64,000 nt of DNA from Lytechinus pictus. Its lineage: Eukaryota. The stretch spans positions 27,902,001-27,966,000 of the forward strand of contig NC_087251.1 of the NCBI RefSeq assembly GCF_037042905.1. The letters are read 5' to 3'. Each line of letters starts with the position of its first letter. Position 1 is the first letter of the stretch. Below, one piece after another: positions 42,301 to 54,300 of the stretch. Under the pieces are notes generated by a model. That model did no database searches and was not told the origin of the DNA. It was given only the letters and a program-made list of their open reading frames with translations. The translations under genes were made by a program, and so were the position numbers.

Positions 42301-45300
42301 CTTGTTTCATGTTTGTAAATGGATTGCATTTGGTATTGAATTTCCTTAAAAGTAGCTTATTAATCTTTTGTTGTTAGTTGTAAAATAGGTATGTCTATGC
42401 ATGGTTATCTTTCTCCAATTATGAGAATCCAAAATCTTTTCAATTCATAGGACTGCCCTCACGTGAGTCAGACGACAGAGGAGTTCTTTACCGTCAGATG
42501 CCAAGTGGCTGATATGAAGAATCTTTACGTAAGTGACTATCATATACTGTTCAGATTACAATCATACCTCACATTGTAATCCCAGGTTTAAAAGAAGTAT
42601 AGTCTCAAATTTTAGGGATGGCTGTGGATATATATCTCCCAATCACAGAAATTTTCTTTTAGCCTCTCCCTCCATTTCACTCTAATCAATTAATCCTCTT
42701 CCGTTAGTCCAACCTTCCTACTCGCCTATATCACATGCCACTTTTGTCTTTCTCTTTTCCTTGATCCATGAAACTTATTCAGCAGTCATTGTTAATAGAA
42801 GACATAATTGCTCTTGAAATTGATGTTTATATTTGTATTGAGATTTCAAAATGTCTTGCACACACACACACACCAGGGTGCGACATAAGCGCTTGCCCGA
42901 TTGCCCGGGGCAAGTAAAAGTTAGAGTCGGGCAAGTGTTTTGAAGCAAAGACAAAACTGCTTGCCCGAATCGGGCAAGCAAAATTCTCCTATGGAAATTA
43001 TATTTTAGAAAGATTCCCCATATTTCACCATCAAAATATAGAAAAGAAAAACAGACAAAAAAAAGCAATATCATTAATTTCTTCTTTCAAAAAAGTTTAT
43101 AATTCGAATTGCAAAATTTGCGCCATTTTCTGCAATAAACACACAGCTCAGAGACGTACACACACACACAGAATCAATGGCAGTCTAGCATACCTAGCTA
43201 GCTAGCGCCTAGTCCACGCAGCCGATGCATGTAGTTAAGTTTCTACGGAGTACGGTGCTGCATGAACGAAGTTTGCTCTGGAAGAAATCTCCCACAGAAC
43301 TGTCAAAATTCACATTTCTTACCAATGAAAATTCTTGTAATGTCCATATTTCCTAAAAATTGGGGTAGCTCTGTCATTTGTAAGCAGTAAAAGGAGAAAT
43401 TTTCACTTCTGTTATGCTTAAAAAAGATCGGGTTTCGAATGATCGTCTGTGTCGCACACACTGAAATACATTGTTTGACAGTCCCACATATGCATTTGTG
43501 TGTATGTTGATAAACGTTTCTTTAGCCAAGGAAATTGATAAATTTTCTTCTTTATTTATGACTGGATAGTTTGAACTTTCTTCCTCTCTATTTTCTTTCT
43601 GCCTATCTTTCCTTCTTTTGAATCTCTCTTTATTTCTTTAAATTTCCTTCCTTCTTTTGTTCATTTTTTATGTTACTATTGCTGTCTTTCTTGTTGTCAT
43701 TCTTTTCTTTCTATCTTTTTTTCTTTCTTCCTTCCATCCAACCATTGTTTACCTCTTTCTTTCTTTCATCCTTCCTTCTTTTTCCCCTTCCTTTCATTCT
43801 TTCTTACTGCCTTCCTTCCGTCCATCCATTCTTTACCTTTTATTCCTGTCTTTTTTTTCTTCCTTACTTTCTTCATCCTTTTCATTCTTTCTTTCCTTCA
43901 TTCCTTCCTTTCTTTTTGTCTTTCATTCTTTCTTTCTCCTTCCTTTCTTTCTTTCCTTCTTTTATTTTTATTTATTTCTGTTTTATTTCAGCAGGGTAGC
44001 CCTTTCAGTTACAAAACTGCTCTACCAAGGGGCCCTTTCTTTTTTCCATCCATCTTTTCTTTTCTTCCTTATTTTTTCTTTCTGCCTTCCTTCATCTCTT
44101 TCCTTCCTTCATTTCTTTCTGTCTTTCGTTGTATCTTTATTTTCTTTTTTCCCTTCCTTCCATCTATCCTTATACCTTTTCTTTCTTCCTATCTTCCTTC
44201 TTTCCTTTTTCTCATTTTCTTTCTTTCTCTTTTCCTTCCTTCCATCAATCCTTTACCTTTTCTTTTTCTCTTTTCTTTCTTCCTTTCTTTCTTTTTACCT
44301 TTTTTCTTTCTTTTTCTTTTTTCATTCGTTCCTTTCTTTCCTTCCTTTCTCTTCCCCTCAGTTTTTTTTCTATTTTTTTCCTTCCATCTTTCTTTCTTTC
44401 TGATTTTCTTTTTTTTTGTCTTTTGATCTTTCTTTTTTTTTCTTCCTTATTTTTTCTTTCTGCCTTCCTTCATCTCTTTCCTCCATTCCTTCCTTCATTT
44501 CTTTCTGTCTTTCGTTGTATCTTTCTTTTCTTTTTTTCCTTCCTTCCATCTATCCTTATTACTTTTTTTTCTTCCTTCTTTCCTTTCTCTCGTTTTCTTT
44601 CTTTCCCTTTTCCTTCCTTTCTGTTTACCTTTTTTCTTTCTTGTTTTCCTTTTATTCATTCCTTTCTTTCCTTCCTTTCTCTTCCTCTCATTTTTTTTCT
44701 ATTTTTTTTTCTTTTTTCTTTCCATCTTTCTCTTCCCCGCAGCCATTCTCTCTCTTTCTTTCTTTCTTTCTTTTTTTTTTCTTTCTTCCTTCCTTTATTT
44801 CTTCGTCCTTTCTTCTTACTTTTTTTTCTTTCATTCTCTCCCCCTCTCTTGATTTTTTTTTCTCTGGTTATTTTCAGTGATTTCCCCTTTTGTTATTGTG
44901 TGTCCTAGTCCCCTCCAAAATATATGGAAAATATATGAGATTAGGAAATTAATTAAAGAGCATATTTACCATTCATTTTGTCATGATGTTCAAGATAAAA
45001 ATCATTAAAAAAAAGAAATAAAACTACAAGGTACATCAGTAGTCATGTTGAAAAATGTATTTTTAAAGCCGTCAATGGTATGGTACATGTATGTAAAACT
45101 ATAAGGCTATAACTTGTTTTGAAGAAATAAAACTTTGTTTTGAAGGATTTTTTCGGGCAAGTGAAATCTATATTCGGGCAAGTATTTTCCAACTATTTGA
45201 AAATTTACTTGCCCGACTGGGCTAGTAAATTCCAAAAAATTCAAAAAAGTTATGTAGCACCCTGCACACACAAAACCCCTATTCAATGCATGTAGATGGA

Positions 45301-48300
45301 ATATGTTTTGATTCCTAAAATCCCAGAATATTATTTCAAATTACATTTTCTTTTCCATCAGCACAGGAATCTTTGGTTTTTGAAATCCCCAAATATTATT
45401 TCAAATTGCATTTTTTTTCCCCAACTGTTCAGGAATCTTTGGATGAGGTAACAGTGAAGGACACACTAGAAGGAGATAACATGTACACCTGCTCACAGTG
45501 TGGCAAGAAAGTTAGAGCTGAGAAGAGGTATGTGGTTCCTGATCAGTACCTTGTATAGATAAACAAGACCTATATGGGTAAAAATTGAATTCTAGAAGTA
45601 TTTCCAGGTAGAAATTTGAAAAAACAGGTCTATTTCACACAATTCCAGTCTGAGGAATGAAACAAGATCGGTTCCCAAGCCCATTTCTGATGTTATGACA
45701 ACCTAATTTCCATTACAAAATGACTGCCATATTAAAAAAAATTAAAGAATGTTTCTTCAATATTTTGATTATTTATTTTCATAAAATTTGCTTTCAATAA
45801 CATAGATACTACATAATCTTGCATGCACCAAGTGTATCATTTGTGAATATCAGTTGTGACTGTTGGTAATTGATTAATTATGCAAATTTATGCATATTTT
45901 TCATATTAGGCTACAATTTGAAAAATGCAGCTCAAAGGTTCCAAGTTTTTTTTTACTCATGATTGCCTTTGCAACATTTTAAACAATTTTGAGGCCTTTA
46001 CAGTTACGGAATCGATCAGTTGAGAAAATACTGAATGCTTGTAATATAACTCTTTCTCTTCCTCTTGTTTCCTCTCATCCCTCCCTCCTGCCCTCTCACA
46101 GAGCTTGCTTCAAGACACTGCCCAAGATCTTATCTTTCAACACCATGAGGTATACTTTCAACATGGTGACCATGATGAAGGAGAAAGTGAACACCCACTT
46201 TTCCTTTCCAAGGCAACTTGACATGTCAGGCTATACAGAGGAGGCGCTCATTAGCAAAGGCAGGGGGTCGGGTAAGTGACTATTTATTGATTCCTCTATC
46301 AAGGTGATGATGAGGATTCTGATGATGCTGATGATGATGGTGGTGGTGGAGGTGATGATGATGATGATATTAAGCACTCTATGAATGCAATATTATTATT
46401 ATTATTATGATAGTCGATGACAATGATGAAAGATGGGTGGGGGGGTCTCCCCTCCTAAAGGTAGTGTTAAAAAAAGCGTACCCCAATACCTTTCATAAAT
46501 AGCAGAAATCTGTAATGTATACTTCAATATCATTACAAAACTTACATGTTCTTGGTCTTTTATTATGAAGTCGAACTTTCTCAAGTTCCCCAATCAATGC
46601 AAAACAAATCAACTGCAAATTAATTTCTGAATGCACGCTCATCTTCATTTTTCCCCATCAGATGTAGCATCAACTAGCAGCAGTCAACCACCCCAGAGCT
46701 ATCTCTACGAGCTGATTGGTGTGACTGTTCACACTGGGACGGCTGATGGCGGCCATTACTATAGCTTCATCCAGGATCGTGTTCACCGTGACCAGGAAGA
46801 AGATCGTTGGTTCATGTTCAATGATGCAGAAGTCAAGCCCTTTGACCCTAAGCAGCTGCCTGCTGAGTGCTATGGAGGCGAGATGACGGTGAGTCAACGT
46901 TTAAGGGTCACTCTTTAAATTATTGATTTTGTTAAAGAAGCAGATATATCATGTCAGTGTGTGCATATATGAAAGATATGTGAGGTAGTTTGAAGGTTAA
47001 TAGATTAAATAGAATTTAAGTCTGTTGTGCAATTAGATTGAGTGAATTCATTTCATCTTTTAACAGACCAAGACATATGACTCTGTAACGGACAAGTACA
47101 TGGATTTCTCCTTTGAGAAGGTAAGTCTCAATTACTTTATTCTCTCCGTAGCAAATAGAACACAAGTTTTTTTTATACCTGTATATATTATTGTCCGAAA
47201 GAAATATCAAAAAAAAAATATTGAAATCCAAAAGTCACTATATATCATGTAATTCACACGTCGGTACATTTTATGGTCTATTTCACTTTTATTTCACTTT
47301 GTATTCCAAGACTTGACATGTAAGAATTTTACATAAATACTTGTCATCACTCAATGATGAACCATCAACACTTTGATCAAAGACATTTCTTTAACTGACC
47401 ATCAATGTTGGAGCCCCATCTTAATATCAATGAAATAATTTGAAAGCTCACAACATATTTTTTCGTCACCCATCTCTGTTGTTTGCAGACTCACAGTGCG
47501 TACATGCTGTTCTACAAGCAGTGTGACCCGGAAGAAGAAGAGCCCAAAGAGAAAGTCAAACCACCTGAGACCACTGTAGACCTCTCAAAGGAGATAGCAG
47601 AGGTAGGTTTTTAAAAATTGATGATGATGACACTTGTAGTGATAATAATGAATTTAATCAAGGTTTATTTTATAAGGTGCTGGTTTTGAATACCATAATG
47701 TCTGTAATGTTATTTGTCAAGAATGCCTCACTCAAACCTGGATTGGTTTCTTAAATGCCATGGGCACTACTGTATTTAAAGAGTTGCACAAGCTTAATGA
47801 TGAGATACAAAACTCATTTGAACATGCATTGAGACACCCGCTTATAATGTGATGTAAGTGGGGAAAAGTAGATGGTATTTTTTTAAAAGAAGGAAAAGCC
47901 AGTGGTCATTGAAATGGTTTATTCAGATATATAAATATGTATAAATTGTCACCTACAATTTTATAATACAGCCAGCATTTATTGTGATACAAGGGGGGGG
48001 GGGGAATGTAGGCTTCATTGTATATAAAAACGAAAAGCTAGTTATTGAAATTATATGTTAAGCTATGGTGTATGAATTGCCACCTTGCATTATTATGTCA
48101 CAGCCATACCATGAAAAACTGTCTACATATATGATAGAACTTGACATTAATTGACGTGTTGGTTTATTTTTCAGTGGATTTGGGAGGATAATACCAGGTA
48201 CCTACAGGATAGTTACATCTTTGATCTCAACTACATGAATTTCATGTGGCAGGTTTGTAACTTCCTACCAGCGACCTTGCCCAACCCGCAGGAAGTACAA

Positions 48301-51300
48301 CTCATTGCTTCTAAGGTGAGTTCTACCACAATTCTAGGCCCCATCCAGAGCTGCCAGTTAGTAGGATTTTATCCTATTTAGTAAGATTTTCAAGGGAAAA
48401 TTGATGCTAAATATGATTTTTCTTTTATATAAATTAGCTGATTATATTTTTTTATGTTGGAAGCACTGATTCATTCCAAGGAGAAACCTAACACCAAGCA
48501 ATGCCTGGAGTTTATGAACAATCAATGCCATATATGTTTCTATGTAATCTATGAACCTTGACTTACTTGTTGAGTGGTTCTTGTTCCTTTCTTTGTTTAG
48601 CTGACTACATCGTTCATGTTGGAAACATTAATCCATTCTAAGGAGAAACCTAACACCAAGCAATGGATGGAGTTAATGACCAATCAGTTCCATACATGCC
48701 CCTTAGCATGTGAGGTAAGGAATTTTCTATACATTCTTTATCAAGCTCCCACAATTTAGTGAGGAAGTATTTACAGTGTGTAGTAATCTTGATATTTTGT
48801 TTTTCCGAATGTATGCAATGTGAATTCTTAAATGATTAGGGTAAATTGATATTGACAATAATGATTAAAAAATTTGGGGAAAAAATATCCTAAATTACTA
48901 ATTCAAATTGTCCTTTCACCTTTTTTCCTATCCTTGAGTTTTTCCAAACAATGTAAGAACTTAATAAGCTTATGTCTCCTTTATTAAGAAAAAAACTATC
49001 ATTGTTATGTTATTGATTGTTTCTGAAATGAAGAAAAAAGAAATCAATTTTTGCTGATTCTGTCTTGTTTTTCAGTGGTTCCTAGACTACATGGCGACAG
49101 ATGATTGGTGGCCTCAGCAAATCCTCATCAAGTGTCCTATACAGACCTGCAGACAGGTAGGTATTCAAAGGTTCATTGAAAAAACACTTGGATACACCAT
49201 TCATTGCCCTCTGGTACAGTAGTTATAGAACGTAAATGCCTACCTTGGGTTATAAAAATATGATTATAATAGATGCACAAGTGCTCAGAATGTCTACATG
49301 AAACTGAAGCTCTCCACTATCCACTACACTATCCATTGCAGTCTGATTTTCAAAGAAATTGTAGTAGCATTCGATATGAACATTCCAACCTGTGAAGTCT
49401 AATGATCAATGTTCCGAATAGTGGTATGAGTGCTAAAATCAAAATTTGAGCCTCCCTGTAGGAAAAGAAGCAAATTCAATTCCAAATCATAACGGCTGCA
49501 ACTTGAAGCCGATATGGGCATTACTCCGACCATAAGGTATATTTCTGATTTTTGTATTCCTAGCATTGTACCAAATTTCAAATAAAATAATTGTTCTTTG
49601 CCATTAACAGCGCTTTGTATCCTCTGGAAAAATTGCTATATAAATCAAATTATTATTATTACTTGGATCTTTCATATTTGATGCAAAATTTGATTTGTTC
49701 AAAAATCGTGTCTTAGTCTGATCTTGTAGTGTGTGATGGGCTTACGGGAATGATTTTTCATGATCTCGTCTCTTATCCCTTCTCAGTTGTTCCAGAGGCT
49801 ATGTATTCATGTGATCAGACAGCTGAGAGAGAAACATGCACCACTCTATCTTCATGCTGTCATAGAAGGGTAAGTGCTCTGAAAAAAATGTTTTCAATAG
49901 GATTTCACTTCATTATGGTTGGATTGTTGATGTACAAAAGTAAGCATGAAATAAATCATGTTGTTTTTTATTAATGAAAAGATGTACATGTAAAGAATCC
50001 TACATATATGTGTACTGTTATTATTCCATGTTCATCAAACTCATATAATTTTGTATGGGAATAATTTCTTCCAGTACTAATATGCATGATTTGTTAAGTA
50101 AAGACGAGTATTTTTGACTGAAAGTGATTTCTTTTATTTGCCTAGTCTTCCTTGGCATGTTGCTATTATGTTTTTAATTGTTTTATTGAGCTATTGAATT
50201 TTAATTACCACTTAAATTTATGACATTGACCGAGCAGATTCCAATTGAAATTCAATTTAAAACAGAAAAGCACAGAAAATAGAAAAATTCTACAAATTCA
50301 AATAAAATAAAAAAAATGTTTTTGATGAAGAAAGAAGCAAAAAGATGTTTTGTTCTTACACAATGGGAATCAGGGAGTTTTATATAAAAAAAACTGAACA
50401 CCAGTCTAATCCCTTTACTGATTACTTCTTATATGTTTATATTTCTTGCAAACTTTAGCAATCATGATGAGCATGATATTCAACCTGATGAGATTGGCAA
50501 TGTGTCATGTGTGACGAGATTCATCAAGAAACTCCTTCTAGTGGTAAGACAATTCAGATATTTGATATTTCAATATACTAGATCAGTTTATCATCTCCTA
50601 ATTAATTGGACCGTTACCGATATTGCATCCTTACAAAAGGAGATTAATTGAAAATATGCTCTAGACGCACCAAAGTAAACATGCTGAGTGTTTCATAGGG
50701 CAAACAATCAGTGATTATTCACTGACTAATTTGTTCTGAGCCATTCAGATGCAAGGAGTTCAACAGCATATAAAAATAGTAATTTGAAAATCGCTCACTA
50801 TTTATTTCATGAATTGCTCCCCTGTTTTCAATGACATGCTCCACATTACTGCTTAAAACTGAACAAATTGTGAAACTTTATCAAGTGGCATCCCAGACAG
50901 AATCTTTGTTTAAAGAATTGAATATACTTATAATTGTTAATCAACTCTATCCATTCATTACAGTCTTTTCCTTTAGCTATTAATGTAATAATGGTACCTT
51001 AAATGTCTATAGCATGAATAATAACTGGAGCATTATTTCTAAAATTATAACATGATTTGTTGAAGTTATTATGATGATATGAAATTTATCTAGCTTTTTT
51101 TAAATTGTTTTGATCTTTCCTTGCAGATCTCTGTTGGAGTTCGACCACAATGCAAGCACCTGACAGAGTACTTCTCTGTTCTCTATGATTTTGCAAAGAT
51201 TGGTGAAGATGAGGTAAAATCTTAATCTTTCTTTGATTTTGGGGTTCTTTTCTGCTTTTCAGTTCGATCTTCAATCAGAAATGTCCTTTACTAATAGAGA

Positions 51301-54300
51301 AATATGAAACAAATATTGACAATCACACACGGAAAATAACTTTTTGTTATCGTGGGACCATACAAGGGGTCATGCCGATTTCCAGAGTACCAATATCCAT
51401 AATTTTGTACACCTCTGATTGGTTTAAAGATTTTGAAAATTGTCTTCAATTCTGAATTTATAATCTCCCTCTTATAATGTCTCATTGCGTTATCTTCCGA
51501 TCCCCCGACTCGCTCTCTCTATTTCTATCTATCTCTCTATCTTTCTCTCCATTCACGCTCTATCTTCTCTCCACCCCATGCTCATATTACATGATCCTTT
51601 TTCTCCTCTTCTTTCTCCACCACTTCTTTTCTCTATTTTCTTATCATCTCTTTCATCTCCTTTCATTCATAAAATATTTTATTTCTTCCCCCTTTCCCTG
51701 TCTCTTCTCCTTTCCTCTTTCCCTCTCACATTTAACAAAAATATTCCCCATATTATTACAATTTCTCCCCTTCTAGGCTCAATTCCTGACATCCGTGGAG
51801 GCTATATCCATAATGGCAAACTTCTATCTGGGAACCAAAGCAGCTGATTATGTAAGTAGTGCACATCTGCTTTCATTTAAAAGTTTAATCTGCGCTGAAT
51901 ATTGACAAAGCAAAATATTTGAAGTGTTCTTTAATCTTGTTATTATCATTGATGGGGACATCAATATGGTGAAATTCATTTCATGGAGACTAGTTTCTTA
52001 GTATTCCTGTAGCGTGGCAAATAGGATGTGATTTTTTTTTTTTTGCTTACCGAAAAAATAAAAATACAGGCCTCTGAAAAGGATGTAATTTGTTTGTCAA
52101 AAGTAGATAATCCTATTGTCAAAACGTATTTTCTACCATAAAAACACTATTTTGTGTAGAAAATGGCCCATTTTAGGTATTTCCTAATCTTTCTAATCAT
52201 TTAGCAGAATCCATATTGTGAATTGAATTGGGACTCATGTACAAATTTAATCTTGTCAGTGACAAGGTATACATCATAATTTGTAAGAAATGTATCGATG
52301 TTGGCTTTTGAAGGTGGAGGTCATTTCCGACGATGAGAATGATGATGAAGACGATGATGATGACGTCATATCTCTGACAGAAGATAAGTACAAGCCAACA
52401 TCGTTGGAGAAGATGATCTCTCTGATAGCATATCTGGTAGAGTCCTCCAGGACAGACCGAAGATTGCTTCTCTCTCATAATGACTATGCTGTGCTCGTTG
52501 GAGGAAAGGTATGGTAGAATATATTGTTCTTGACAGTGTGTCCTATTTTGTGAAGGAATGAATCATTTTGGGGAGAGAATGTTTGATAAAGTCCCATATT
52601 AAATAAAATCTATACAGAGAGATGTAGAGCTTGGCAATTGGTCATTGAACAAATGTTAATAATTTATTGCATTTTCATCAATATGAGACATTATTGCAAT
52701 CAGAAAATTTATTGTGGATATGGTACATGAAACACAGTAGGCAGAGCTTAAATAGAAAAATATCAAAGTTAAAATCCATTAACCCATGGTGTACCAAAAA
52801 AAATGCAGTTCTATTGAAATTCTACGCATTATGTTGTGCCCGTGAGTGAAGTTGGGATTCTAATTAAGTGAAATGTAAGGCAAAAAGTTTCATTCTTTCA
52901 AAATAGCATTCCGAGCTAGATGACTGCAAGTGGTATAACTTTGGAGCTTTGGTTCAAATCCCACCACGGAACTTGCATTCTTTGGCAAGTCAAATATCTA
53001 CAGTTACCACTATCCACCCAGGTGTGGTAAATTGGTACCTGGTATCAAGAAATTCTTTGAATGCTTGAAAGCCCAATTAGGGTAGCCTTGTAAAGACTGT
53101 GTAATAGTATGCAGTGCTTAAAACATTTTATTATGCTCTATGTATATATGCTGCATATTATTATTATTATTAAGAAATGGTTTAATTTACATCAAGATTG
53201 ATATTGCTACTACCATGTATGAAGAAGGCTTGACTATTGATTTCAACAATCCTTGTAGTCATACTACTGATGGTAACCTTGGTGAAGAAAATGTTGGTTC
53301 TATTATTTTTAGGGTTTTCCATTCCTGTTTCAACAAATCCGAGACAACATCAATCTTCAGCAGACAAGGAATCTTATCTTCAGACTCACTCGCTTCCAAC
53401 CCAAATTGGCTGAACAGGTTAGTCTCTACATATTATAGAAATTGATTAAATATGTGTATTATTTCAAGCATCGCGATTGGTCAAATGCATCACGTAGAAA
53501 TCTTCCGGCGACTCTTGGGTAGGGGGTGGGGTCACTACTTTATAGAACAAATAATGCACTTGCTCTGTCCTGTGTGAAAGTTTATACAGTGAAAGCTTGG
53601 TGTACTGATGGTGCACACTCGCCTTAAGACTCATACTCAGTCGGCAACTACATGAATCTAAAGAAACCTTGCTTGCACTGCATTTTTACTAACACACATT
53701 TTCTGTGCGTTATTTGTATAACATTGAAAAGCTGCAATGATAAGAATATATTTTTAAAATCTCATATTTAAACAAGGCATTAAACATACTATTGTGTATT
53801 TAGGAGCTCACTCATATTGATTAAGAACCTGAGTAATATGTTTGAGTAATTGCAAATATTATAATGGCATAGTAATTCAATTTTAAAAGAAATTGTCTTT
53901 AAAAACTGCACATATTTTACATTAATGTGATTTACAGCTTTTATATTTTCCTTTTTGTAAGTATATTATTTTCCTTTATTCTACTCAGCTCATCTCCATG
54001 ATATTCAATGCAATCAGCAAGCTCAGTCCAGAGGTAAATATAGCCAATATATCCATCTTTTTCCTAAACTATTAATCAGTAATTTTCACAGTTTTTGTTA
54101 AATGACCAGTTAAGGAAATTCCTTTTTTTTTATTTGTACATAAAATTTAATTGTGGAAGGTAACAAAAGGTCATTGGGCTTATTCTGATCAGTGTATGAC
54201 ATTTTAAAGAAATTTCATGTAGACTTTGACTGCCAGCATTGGGAAGAAAATAATCAGAGCAGAAATATTTTCAAGAGTTCATATAGAACTGTACCTCATG

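Noticed and set aside
43657..44908. Long Phe/Leu/Ser-rich ORFs
   Set aside because: Artefacts of a polypyrimidine tract that lacks stop codons.
46304..46375. Possible acidic exon (GDDEDSDD...)
   Set aside because: Would require a 32-nt intron; the sequence is a GAT microsatellite.
49554..49562. U17/snR30 m1-like motif GTATTCCTA
   Set aside because: No downstream m2 (AAACCAU) plus ACA.
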